DNA of 64,000 nt from Puniceicoccaceae bacterium (GTDB lineage: Bacteria; Verrucomicrobiota; Verrucomicrobiia; Opitutales; Oceanipulchritudinaceae): positions 4,563-68,562 of the forward strand of contig JBFOMH010000007.1 in assembly GCA_040830765.1 (NCBI GenBank), in the 5' to 3' direction. The position numbers were made by a program, and so were the translations under genes. The notes under the pieces are model-generated. The model did no database searches. It was not told where the DNA came from and was given only the letters and a program-made list of their open reading frames with translations. Of the stretch, positions 55,908 through 64,000 are shown in pieces (the first letter of the stretch is position 1; the number at the start of each line of letters is the position of its first letter).

Positions 55908-56677
55908 GCCTTCTCCATACGCCTCCAAACCGGGTCGCCGGCAAATCGGTCCAGATGATGACCACCTGCCTCTGCGATGCCTTTTACGCTGACGTGGCCC
56001 GTGCCACCGTCGAGGTCCTCGATTACCTCGGCTGCGATATCGAGCTCCCCGACGGCCAGACCTGTTGCGGCCAACCCGCTTTCAACGCCGGTGACTGGGA
56101 TGCCTCCCGCAAGGTCGTGCGGCACACCGTCAAGACCTTCCCTGGCGACAAGCCGGTCATTGTCCCCTCCGGCTCCTGTGCCGCGATGATCTTCCACGGT
56201 GCCCTCCTGGCATTTGAAAAGGAAGAAGACTTGCCGGAAGTAAAAATCCTCAGCGAACGGACCTGGGAACTGGTCGATTACATTGTCAATGGACTCGGAA
56301 TCAATGAGTGGCCGGGCAAGTTCGAGGCCAAGGTCACTGTTCACCGCAGCTGCCACTTGCGCGGCTCCAATAGCGGGGACGCCATCATGGAACTCTTGGG
56401 ATCCATCGAGGGGCTGACGCTCCTGCCGATTGACGAGGTCGAGCAATGCTGCGGCTTCGGAGGGACCTTTGCAGTGTCCTTCCCCAACGTCTCCCGCGAG
56501 ATGGGGCAACTCAAGGTTGAGAACCTCACAGAACCGGGTCCGGACGTGGTGGCTGCCGCCGACATGGGCTGCATGATGCACTTCGGAGGCATGATGGAAA
56601 AGCAAGGCATCCAGACCACGCGCCTTCATGTTGCCCAAATTCTCCGCGACTCACTCAAAAACGCCGGATTGCTATGA
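55904..56677 (+). CDS. lutA: L-lactate utilization protein LutA/LldE (CCG domains)
   Basis: TCLCDAF, QTCCGQP, SGSCAAM, HRSCH, QCCGFGGTF and DMGCMMH. Confidence 0.9.
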   Translation: MSLLHTPPNRVAGKSVQMMTTCLCDAFYADVARATVEVLDYLGCDIELPDGQTCCGQPAFNAGDWDASRKVVRHTVKTFPGDKPVIVPSGSCAAMIFHGALLAFEKEEDLPEVKILSERTWELVDYIVNGLGINEWPGKFEAKVTVHRSCHLRGSNSGDAIMELLGSIEGLTLLPIDEVEQCCGFGGTFAVSFPNVSREMGQLKVENLTEPGPDVVAAADMGCMMHFGGMMEKQGIQTTRLHVAQILRDSLKNAGLL

Positions 56678-58077
56678 AGTCCCTGCAAGAAATTGATGTA
56701 ACCGCGCGCGACCTCAATGACGAGGTCCAGAAGTCCACTTATCTCGCCTCCAAGGCCAAGACCGAGAAACGCCTCGCCATCCTCGAGAACGATTACCCGG
56801 ATCCCGACAAGCTGAGGGAGACCGCAGGACTCATCAAGCAGCACACCTTGGAGCACCTCGACAAGTACCTTGCCCAGGCTGAAGCCAGCCTGACTGATGC
56901 TGGCGCCCAGGTTCACTTTGCCGTCGATGCGGACGGCGCGAACGCCCGAGTCCTGCAAATCATGCAGGAGAACGGGGCCAAACGGATGGTCAAGAGCAAG
57001 AGCATGGTCACCGAGGAAACCCACCTCCTGCCCTACCTCGAGCAGAACGGCATGGAGGTCGTCGAGACCGACCTAGGTGAATTCATTGTCCAGATCGACG
57101 GCGACCATCCCTCCCATATCGTCACCCCGATCATCCACAAGAACCGGCGCGACATCGCCAAGAGCTTTGAGCGCGAGGGACTTGGTGACTACAATGACGA
57201 TCCGGAGACCATTACCCGCCGCGCCCGGGCCCACTTGCGCCAGAAGTACCTTGATGCGGACGTCGGGCTGACCGGGGGCAACTTTGTCTCCGCCGAGTCC
57301 GGTCGCGTGGTCATTGTCACCAACGAGGGTAATGCCCGTTTTTCTGTAGCGGCGAATCGAATACACATCGCCATGATTGGGATTGAGAAGATCGTCCCCA
57401 GCGACCGCGACCTTTCCCTTTACCTGAATCTCCTCGCCCGTTCCTCCACCGGACAGCAATTCACGGTCTACAACCAGTTCATCAACGGGCCCCGCAGCGA
57501 GAACCAGCCGCACGGCCCGGAGCAATTTCACGTCATCTTTATCGACAACCGGCGCACGGAGGTCCTGGCCAGCGAGTGCCGGGAGATTCTCCGCTGCATC
57601 CGCTGTGGTGCCTGTCTCAATGTCTGTCCGGTCTTCCGGCAGGCCGGTGGACATGCTTACCGCAGCGTCTATCCGGGACCGGTCGGAGCGGTCCTCAGTC
57701 CCCTCCTCGCAGGGAACCGCTACCCGGAGCTGGCTGACCTGCCCAAGGCCTCCAGCCTGTGTGGGGCCTGCAACGAGGTTTGTCCGGTCAATATTCCCAT
57801 CCCCGATCTGCTTCTCCGCCTTCGCGACAAGGCCAAGAAGGAAAAGGCCTCCAAGGCAATGAAGGGTACCCCGGCCCTAGGGCTCTGGGCCACCCTTTGT
57901 TCGCAGCCGGCGATGTGGAAGACGGCCCTGACGATGGGACACACCATGAACTACATTCCCACGGAGATGATCCCCCACCCGTCGGCCCGGGCATGGCAGC
58001 ATGCCCGCAAGCTGCCCAAGTTCCAGGGCGGCGAGTTCCGCAAGTGGTTCAAGCACCGTGAACTGACCAGCAAGTAA
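56674..58077 (+). CDS. lutB: L-lactate utilization Fe-S protein LutB/LldF
   Basis: VKSKSMVTEE, ETDLGEFIVQ, PSHIVTP, TNEGN, CIRCGACLNVCPV and CGACNEVCPV. Confidence 0.93.
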   Translation: MKSLQEIDVTARDLNDEVQKSTYLASKAKTEKRLAILENDYPDPDKLRETAGLIKQHTLEHLDKYLAQAEASLTDAGAQVHFAVDADGANARVLQIMQENGAKRMVKSKSMVTEETHLLPYLEQNGMEVVETDLGEFIVQIDGDHPSHIVTPIIHKNRRDIAKSFEREGLGDYNDDPETITRRARAHLRQKYLDADVGLTGGNFVSAESGRVVIVTNEGNARFSVAANRIHIAMIGIEKIVPSDRDLSLYLNLLARSSTGQQFTVYNQFINGPRSENQPHGPEQFHVIFIDNRRTEVLASECREILRCIRCGACLNVCPVFRQAGGHAYRSVYPGPVGAVLSPLLAGNRYPELADLPKASSLCGACNEVCPVNIPIPDLLLRLRDKAKKEKASKAMKGTPALGLWATLCSQPAMWKTALTMGHTMNYIPTEMIPHPSARAWQHARKLPKFQGGEFRKWFKHRELTSK

Positions 58078-58087
58078 GGATTTAATC

Positions 58088-58693
58088 ATGAGCAACGACA
58101 GGGAAACCATTTTCTCCTCCATCCAAAAAGCGCTTGAGCCCCTGCCGGAACGGACCGCGTATCCCGATTGGGATGATGACATGGTCATTCCCAGGTCCCT
58201 CCCGGAGACCAACACCGCCAAGGAGCTCTTTGCCCAAATACTGGTCGCCGCCAGCGGAAAGTATTTCGACGCTGTCACCGAGCTGATCGAGTTCATGATC
58301 CAGGAAGGCCATACCTTCGGGTACTGCGACCCAAGCCTCGCTCACCACCTTGAGAAACAGGAAGGTATCAGCTTCGATACCGAATACGACATGGCCAAGG
58401 TCGACGATTACCAGTTTGGCATCACCCGCGCCAGCGCCGCCATTGCCGAGACCGGCACCCTTATGCTCAGCGACAGCGACACTTCCGCCCGCCTCGGTGC
58501 CCTTGCCCCGTGGCTGCACATCGCTGTTGTCCTGGAAGAGGATATCGTCCCCACCGTCCTCGATGCCATTCACCGCTTCGGCGATGATCCCAACATCATC
58601 TTTGCCACCGGTCCCTCCAAGACCGCTGACGTAGAGGGCATCCTTATTGAAGGCGTCCACGGTCCGGGAATCCAGGTGGCCTTGGTCATCTAA
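58088..58693 (+). CDS. lutC: L-lactate utilization protein LutC/LldG (LUD domain)
   Basis: AIAETGTL, TGPSKTADVEGILIEGVHGP. Confidence 0.9.
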   Translation: MSNDRETIFSSIQKALEPLPERTAYPDWDDDMVIPRSLPETNTAKELFAQILVAASGKYFDAVTELIEFMIQEGHTFGYCDPSLAHHLEKQEGISFDTEYDMAKVDDYQFGITRASAAIAETGTLMLSDSDTSARLGALAPWLHIAVVLEEDIVPTVLDAIHRFGDDPNIIFATGPSKTADVEGILIEGVHGPGIQVALVI

Positions 58694-58781
58694 CTGGTGC
58701 ACCTACAATCGCCACTCCAGGCTTGAATCCTGCAGAAAGCGTTGTTCCTTTCCCGTTTGATCCAAACCAAGAACATTCATA

Positions 58782-59303
58782 ATGAGCAATCAAGGTCTCA
58801 CTGATTATAACATCCTGGCAAGGGAGGACGGTTCCACATCCTATGTGGTTGTTGGCATGCAACGGGTTTTCCAGCACATCATGAAGTCGGAGGAGTTCGA
58901 GCAACGGTTCGAATCACTTGACCATGTGGTCAATGCCATCATGGAAACTGTCGATGATACCCGGAACCCAAGAGTGCACAGCACCTTACTGGCCTACACC
59001 AGGAATGAAGATAGCTCGGCAAAAACAGAAAGTCGGCATCTTGAAAAGAAAGTGTCCCGCAAGGAGGTTTTCGAGCATTTGCCAGAAGTCCTTAGAAGTT
59101 ATATCCACGAGAGACTGCCCGGTTCCAATGTGACCACGATTTTGGAAAACGGTAACCTGGTCGGATACCGGACAATCAATCAGGAACTACCTTACCTTGT
59201 TTCGGTTCTGCAGATTGCCGTCTCGGCAAGGAAACGGGGCAAGACATTTGATGCTGTCCTCCATCGGACCATGAGGGATGCCGAGCCCCCCATTTCCTAT
59301 TGA
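58782..59303 (+). CDS. Hypothetical protein (173 aa), no recognisable family
   Basis: Clean ORF filling the gap between lutC and the REP cluster; lower-GC codon usage than its neighbours. Confidence 0.6.
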   Translation: MSNQGLTDYNILAREDGSTSYVVVGMQRVFQHIMKSEEFEQRFESLDHVVNAIMETVDDTRNPRVHSTLLAYTRNEDSSAKTESRHLEKKVSRKEVFEHLPEVLRSYIHERLPGSNVTTILENGNLVGYRTINQELPYLVSVLQIAVSARKRGKTFDAVLHRTMRDAEPPISY

Positions 59304-59314
59304 CCCCGCTTAGG

Positions 59315-59463
59315 TTCCCCGCGTTGAAACGCGGGCCTCACCTCTCCCGTCCCGTCGGGACGGGAATATCCATAAACCCGGGTTTTAACCCGGGGCCACC
59401 AATGCCGGTTACATCCCGTCCCATCGGGACGGGTTGATGTATAAACCCGGGTTTTAACCCGGG
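59315..59463. repeat. REP-like hairpin cluster (A-B-C-B-C)
   Basis: A at 59318-59335, B CCCGTCCCGTCGGGACGGG at 59346-59364, C CCCGGGTTTTAACCCGGG at 59377-59394, then a second B and C. Confidence 0.9.
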
Positions 59464-59568
59464 ACTGCCAACAATCCAAAATGACTAACACGTTGGCTTG
59501 AACAGTCCATGTAAGAAAAAGGGAATATTGATAAGTTGTTACCATCGAATGATCCGCAGAACTTAGTC

Positions 59569-59805
59569 ATGAGCCCGATTGCCACTGCCCTTTGCTTCCT
59601 GTCCTCCGCCGTAATTGTCCTGTCCTTCTTTTTTGCCGTGCGCTGCCTCTTTGTCCATGAAAGGCGCCTGGAGGCCTGGCGTTCAACGGTCAAGCACGTC
59701 ATCTATGTCACGCGGAAGACTTTCAAGCGTATCGTTCTCGCACTTGGATGCCTCTCCCTGATGGTCTTTCTCGTGGCAACCTACTTCCAAATAGCCCCGC
59801 GTTAA
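59569..59805 (+). CDS. Small two-TM hypothetical protein (~78 aa) between REP clusters
   Basis: Two hydrophobic segments separated by a basic loop. The last codons and stop come from a partial A hairpin. Confidence 0.5.
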   Translation: MSPIATALCFLSSAVIVLSFFFAVRCLFVHERRLEAWRSTVKHVIYVTRKTFKRIVLALGCLSLMVFLVATYFQIAPR

Positions 59806-59962
59806 AACAATTCCCGTCCCGATGGGACGGGTTTATTCAATAGGCCCGGGTTTTAACACGGGGTCACCAATACCGATTACATCCCCGCGTTGAAACGCGG
59901 GGCTCATCTCATCCCGTCCCGTCGGGACGGGAATATCCATAAACCAGGGTTTCAACCCGGGC
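59795..59962. repeat. REP-like hairpin cluster (partial A-B-C, then A-B-C) downstream of tnpA
   Basis: CCCCGCGTTAAAAC at 59795; full A at ~59883; B and C hairpins with a few mismatches. Confidence 0.88.
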
Positions 59963-59978
59963 CTATTTACCTGGGCCG

Positions 59979-60425
59979 CTAATCCCAAAGATATCGCTCG
60001 TTGTATTCAACACCCGCCTTGTCCAAGAGATATGTATACTCACCCTTGAATGATTGGCGCCTGTGATGTTCCTCCTGATTCTGGATATACCGCTTGACCG
60101 AATTCAATGCTGAGGTGCTGACACTAAATGCGGCATATTCCTTCTGCCAGGCAAACCGCAATTCCAACAGGTGCGACTCGTTCAACCACCGCGATGATCC
60201 TCCCTTGATGAGCTGCATAGCCCTGCTCAAAGGCATCGTTGCGGGAATCGAGAGGAGAATATGGACATGATCCTCAACACCACCAACTTCAATTGCTTCC
60301 ATGCCAACAGCTCTTGCGATCCCTCCCATGTAAGGCCACAAGTGTGAGCGGATCATTGGAGTCAGTAGCGGTTCACGGCGCTTTGTGCTGAAGACACAAT
60401 GGAAATGCGCACTGATGTAGGACAT
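59979..60425 (-). mobile_element. tnpA: HUH Y1 transposase (IS200/IS605 TnpA-like / REP-associated), no tnpB
   Basis: HFHCVFSTKRR, DHVHILL (HUH), IKGGSSRW, FAWQKEY and RYIQNQEEHH (catalytic Tyr); flanked on both sides by palindromic units. Confidence 0.92.
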
Positions 60426-60530
60426 TCCGGTATTCCCACAATACCGGTCTACCGGGACAATCCATTGGATTACCTGAAATTAACCAGCCCCGGACGCAAA
60501 CGCTACCATCCCGGATTCGAACGCAACCAT

Positions 60531-60815
60531 CCCCGCGTTGAAACGCGGGGCTAATCTCCCCCGTCCCATCGGGACGGGATTATACATAAACCCGGGTCAT
60601 CAATGCCGATCCAACCACCCCCGCGTTGAAACGCGGGGCTAATCTCCCCCCGTCCCATCGGGACGGGATTATACATAAACCCGGGTTTCAACCCGGGTCA
60701 TCGATGCCGATCAAACCTTCCCCGCGTTAAAACGCGGGGCTAACACATCCCGTCCCATCGGGACGGGTTGACGCAGAAACCCGGGTTTCAACCCGGGTCA
60801 TCGGGACGGGATGGC
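60531..60815. repeat. Three REP-like A-B-C units upstream of tnpA
   Basis: A hairpins at 60531, 60619 and 60720. The first unit has lost half of C. A trailing half-B lies at ~60801-60815. Confidence 0.92.
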
Positions 60816-60831
60816 GTGTAGGCGCCCGGGT

Positions 60832-62070
60832 CTACCGCACCGCCAGCACGTCTTTTTCGTAGGTCTTGACGGCGTCAAGCAGGGCCGCCTCGCCTGGGAC
60901 ATCATTCCGCGAGCAGAATTCCTCCCAGACCACACTCCACGGGAGAGCCTTGTTCATCTCGAGAAGGGAAAGGCGGGTGGTGAAATCGCCGGCCAGTTCG
61001 GCCTCAAGAAGTTTTTCACGTGGCTCAAGCAACGCCATCAGGAGGCACTTCTGGGCGGAACGGGTCCCGATGGCCCAGGCGGCGATGCGGTTGATGGAGG
61101 CATCGAAGAAGTCGAGCCCGATATGTGTCCGCGGGAGCGCGTCGCAGCGGACCAGCTCCTGCATGATGGCCTGGGTCTGGTCGTCGAGCAGGACGACATG
61201 GTCGCTGTCCCAGCGGACCCCGCGGGAAACATGCAGCAGCAACTCCGGCACATACATGAGGACGGAAGAAATCTTGTCCGCGATGCTTTCAGTTGGGTGG
61301 AAGTGTCCGGCATCGAGACAGAGGGCCGTCTGGTTTTTGGCAGCATAGCCAAGATAGAACTCATGCGAGCCGACGACGTAGCTCTCCGAGCCAATGCCGA
61401 ACAGCTTGCACTCGACGGCATCGATGTTGTGGGCGGGATTTAATTTTTCCTCAAAAACGGCATCCAGGCTGGCTTCCAGTCGCTGGCGGTAGCCCAGCCG
61501 GTCGACCGGCTGGTCCTTCATTCCGTCCGGTATCCACACATTGGTAACGCAGGCGCTGCCGAGCTGCTCCCCGATGGCCGCCCCGATGGTGCGGCTGCGA
61601 CGGCAGTGCTCGATCCAGAAATCGCGGATGCCGGCATCCGGGCTACTCAGGGTGAGGCCGTCATCCGCCTTGGAATGAGAGAAGCAGGACGGATTGAAGT
61701 CCATCCCGAGCCCATTGGCCTTGCACCAGTCGATCCAGCCCTGGAAATGCTCCACCTCGATGGCATCGCGGTCGACCGTCTTGCCCCCGAAATCGCCGTA
61801 CATGGCATGGAGGTTCAGACGGTGATTACCCGGAAGGAGCGCGATTACCTGCTCAAGATCCTGACGTAGTTCAGCGATAGTCCGTGCCTTGCCAGGATAA
61901 TTGCCGGTCACGGCGAGACCACTGCCGAGTTCTCCGTCACCGCCTTCAAAGCCACCCACATCGTCACCCTGCCAGCAATGCAGGGAAATAGGGGTAGCGG
62001 ATAAAACTTCAAGGGCCTGTTCGGTGTCGACGCCGAGTTCGGCATAGAGGGATTTTACCTGTTCGTACAT
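60832..62070 (-). CDS. rhaA: L-rhamnose isomerase
   Basis: [84 protein letters not shown] and [11 protein letters not shown]. Start set at MYEQ. Confidence 0.95.
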   Translation of the reverse strand: MYEQVKSLYAELGVDTEQALEVLSATPISLHCWQGDDVGGFEGGDGELGSGLAVTGNYPGKARTIAELRQDLEQVIALLPGNHRLNLHAMYGDFGGKTVDRDAIEVEHFQGWIDWCKANGLGMDFNPSCFSHSKADDGLTLSSPDAGIRDFWIEHCRRSRTIGAAIGEQLGSACVTNVWIPDGMKDQPVDRLGYRQRLEASLDAVFEEKLNPAHNIDAVECKLFGIGSESYVVGSHEFYLGYAAKNQTALCLDAGHFHPTESIADKISSVLMYVPELLLHVSRGVRWDSDHVVLLDDQTQAIMQELVRCDALPRTHIGLDFFDASINRIAAWAIGTRSAQKCLLMALLEPREKLLEAELAGDFTTRLSLLEMNKALPWSVVWEEFCSRNDVPGEAALLDAVKTYEKDVLAVR

Positions 62071-62077
62071 GCTGGAG

Positions 62078-62106
62078 ATTATAGACTTCGCCCCAGAAAC
62101 CGTGAA
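62078..62106 (-). promoter_or_regulatory. sigma70 promoter for rhaA, probably giving a leaderless mRNA
   Basis: On the minus strand: TTCACG (62106-62101), 17 nt, perfect TATAAT (62083-62078), 7 nt, ATG (62070). Confidence 0.55.
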
Positions 62107-62163
62107 TGGACAGCCTGACAAAATATTTGCACTTTTTGACATCCACATGAAGATGAGCCGAAC

Positions 62164-63048
62164 ATGACAGGGGAACTCGAGAGCTTCAGCCGTTACCTCC
62201 CACCGGACAAGCAGTCCCGGCACTGGGGTTGGCGGCTGCTCGATGCTGGGCGGCAATCCATTCCTCCGCAGGCCCCTTATCCGGTACCGGGACATCCATT
62301 GGGATACCTCTTTGGCAAGGCCGGGAAGCGGACACTGGACGAGTTCCAAATCATCTTCATCACTGCCGGAAACGGGACCTTTGAATCCAAGTCAGCCCCG
62401 TTGACAACCGTGGGCTCCGGAGATGCCCTGCTGCTTTTTCCCCATGAATGGCATCGTTACCGCCCCGATCCGGAAACCGGCTGGAATGAATACTGGCTCG
62501 GTTTCCGGGGACAAGACGCGGAACGCGTAATGGGCACCTTTTTCGATCCTGCCTCACCGATCCGCCATCCCGCGCAAACGGATGAAATTATCCGGCTCTT
62601 CGAGCAAATGCTACACTGGCTGAAGAATCCGGTTGCGGGAATCGAGCAGGTCCTGGCCAGCCATGTCCCCCTCATCCTCGCCTTCCTTCAATCCGGCAGC
62701 CTGCACCAGGGAACATCCGGGATGGATGACTCCCAGTTGGTCCAGGTGGCAAAGTCACGAATCCTCCAGAACATCTCCTCGCGTACCGATCTGGCTGATC
62801 TGGCCCGTTCACTGGGGATCAGCTATTCCAAGTTTCGTGCGCTTTTCAAGGAACAGACGGGTTATTCTCCCCGTGAGTTTGAAAACCTGATCAAGCTCAA
62901 CCGGGCCCGTGACCTGCTCCAATCAGGCAACTACAGTGTTTCCTCCACCGCGGACGCCCTTGGCTATACCTCCGTCTATTACTTCTCGCGCGCCTTCAAG
63001 CGGCAGTTTGGTCAGTCGCCGCGCAACTGGCTGAATCAGTCGATGTGA
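62164..63048 (+). CDS. AraC-family transcriptional regulator, divergent from rhaA
   Basis: Cupin-like N-domain ([12 protein letters not shown]); C-terminal double HTH ([38 protein letters not shown]). Confidence 0.92.
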   Translation: MTGELESFSRYLPPDKQSRHWGWRLLDAGRQSIPPQAPYPVPGHPLGYLFGKAGKRTLDEFQIIFITAGNGTFESKSAPLTTVGSGDALLLFPHEWHRYRPDPETGWNEYWLGFRGQDAERVMGTFFDPASPIRHPAQTDEIIRLFEQMLHWLKNPVAGIEQVLASHVPLILAFLQSGSLHQGTSGMDDSQLVQVAKSRILQNISSRTDLADLARSLGISYSKFRALFKEQTGYSPREFENLIKLNRARDLLQSGNYSVSSTADALGYTSVYYFSRAFKRQFGQSPRNWLNQSM

Positions 63049-63350
63049 AAGACTTCCCTGAGATCGGAAGCGACGGGGCTGTTGTCAGGATTTGAGGGCA
63101 TGACATCTCCCATGTGTTTCCACCAGCGCTGGCAAACCTCCGTTGAAGCAATGGCCTGCCAGCGTTCCTCATCCTCAATCTCCGCATAGGCGAAAAGTTG
63201 GCGCGTCTCCGGGTGCAGGAAAATGGAGTAATTGTGCACCCCGTGCTCCTTCAAGACCGCTTCCAGTTCCTCCCAAATCGGGCTGTGGCGCCGCTCGTAT
63301 TCCTCCTCAGCGCCAGCGTTGACGCTCATCACAAACCCCTTCCGAATCAT
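63036..63350 (-). CDS. rhaM: L-rhamnose mutarotase
   Basis: RKGFVMSV...[14 protein letters not shown]...NYSIFL...LFAY...[12 protein letters not shown]...LREVFHID. Confidence 0.93.
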   Translation of the reverse strand: MIRKGFVMSVNAGAEEEYERRHSPIWEELEAVLKEHGVHNYSIFLHPETRQLFAYAEIEDEERWQAIASTEVCQRWWKHMGDVMPSNPDNSPVASDLREVFHID

Positions 63351-63351
63351 C

Positions 63352-63540
63352 CTACTCTCCAGTCGTGGCTTCCTTGTTCAACTTCTGCACCATCGGCGCG
63401 GCTACCAGCCAGAGGACGGTGCCGATGAGCATGACAATCTTCACCGTGGCCAGTTGCAGGGTACCGGTCAGGAAAAGGATGGAAGGGAGAATGGTCAGGG
63501 CGAGCCCGACGCGTCCGAGAATTTTCAATACAGGTTCCAT
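63352..63540 (-). CDS. Small two-TM membrane protein (~62 aa), probable permease partner
   Basis: [26 protein letters not shown]...[14 protein letters not shown], directly between the permease and rhaM. Confidence 0.65.
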   Translation of the reverse strand: MEPVLKILGRVGLALTILPSILFLTGTLQLATVKIVMLIGTVLWLVAAPMVQKLNKEATTGE

Positions 63541-63550
63541 ATCAAAGGCT

Positions 63551-64000
63551 TTAGGCGTTGGCAGAGGATTTGCGGGTAAAGACAAGGAACAGTAGTCCAC
63601 AGGCAATCCAGCAGGGCAGCGGGAAATACCAGGCGGAAATGCCCTGCACTTGAATAAAATACATCGCTACGCCGACGGGAATGACCCAGGCGAGGAGTAC
63701 AGGTATGCTGAAGGAGCTGGCCGGCTTGGCATTGTGCAGGTTTGCCGCGTCCCCCTTGCGGTGGAAATGCCAGTCAAAGAAGATGATGGCCCCGATTGGC
63801 GCAAGGATGGTTCCGTAGAGGCCGACGAATCCGAGCAACTTCCATGCAAAGGCGGGGAAGACACCGGCAACCGTGGCGATAAATCCGGTCACCAGTGTGA
63901 CCTTGAAACGGGATACTTTGGGCATGATCGCCTGGAAGGCCAGGCCGGCGCGGTAAATGGTCGGGTTGGCGGTTGTCCACCCGGCAAGGATGACGCAGAT
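63551..64000 (-). CDS. NCS1 / purine-cytosine permease-like transporter, partial (runs off right edge)
   Basis: Frame is open to the window end: ICVILAGWTTANPTIYRAGLAFQAIMPK..., followed by several TM helices. Confidence 0.7.
   Translation of the reverse strand: MCVILAGWTTANPTIYRAGLAFQAIMPKVSRFKVTLVTGFIATVAGVFPAFAWKLLGFVGLYGTILAPIGAIIFFDWHFHRKGDAANLHNAKPASSFSIPVLLAWVIPVGVAMYFIQVQGISAWYFPLPCWIACGLLFLVFTRKSSANA

Noticed and set aside
59979-60425. Complete IS605/IS200 insertion sequence with tnpB
   Set aside because: No tnpB ORF and no single defined left/right end; multiple repeated units lie on both sides instead.
52559-62349. ORF-track N-terminal extensions of ackA (53875) and rhaA (62349), and likewise 33163, 45517, 45555, 28883 and 63606
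   Set aside because: The extensions overlap neighbouring genes or promoters and precede the family-typical N-termini, so shorter starts were used.
1-64000. tRNA, rRNA, prophage or integrase genes
   Set aside because: None recognised by eye; intergenic gaps are short and explained. A tRNAscan/Infernal run would be needed to exclude small RNAs.

Overview
GC-rich bacterial chromosomal window, most likely Verrucomicrobiota (Opitutales-like). This taxon is inferred from the Planctomycetes/Verrucomicrobia-type microcompartment locus and the LEPRxLL giant proteins. Five blocks. (1) 1-28.2 kb, all minus strand: TolC, a plain MFP, a GAF-MFP, a probable RRE-M50 peptidase-MFP fusion and a C-terminally truncated SecA paralogue, with no ABC transporter. 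Two giant proteins follow (a 5270-aa RTX protein and a >1120-aa metzincin/Asp-box protein running off the left edge). Both carry the same two-part N-terminal leader: LExLEPRLLLS at residue 13-23 and ELVTTLHAxNGPP about 115-125 aa later. (2) 28.3-37.8 kb: monoheme cytochrome c, DEAD-box helicase, sialate O-acetylesterase-NTF2 fusion, hemolysin-III family protein and a 1.5k-aa secreted repeat protein with a Trp-rich tail. (3) 37.8-42.2 kb: a divergent pair of CbcL-like multiheme c / diheme b proteins (13 and 11 CxxCH). (4) 42.6-58.7 kb: TIM-barrel/Gfo-Idh-MocA fusion, ThuA-like lipoprotein, vapBC, then a PV-type rhamnose microcompartment operon with rhaB and a true MDH, and divergent DeoR-lutABC. 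(5) 58.8-64 kb: an HUH-Y1 transposase flanked by triple-hairpin REP-like units (a sister cluster lies at 42.2-42.6 kb), rhaA, AraC regulator, rhaM and an NCS1-like permease running off the right edge. I recognised no tRNA, rRNA or CRISPR array. The strongest candidate novel system is leader-peptide-gated (RRE/M50), SecA-paralogue-powered export of giant proteins through TolC. Domain calls come from motif reading only; no database searches were run.
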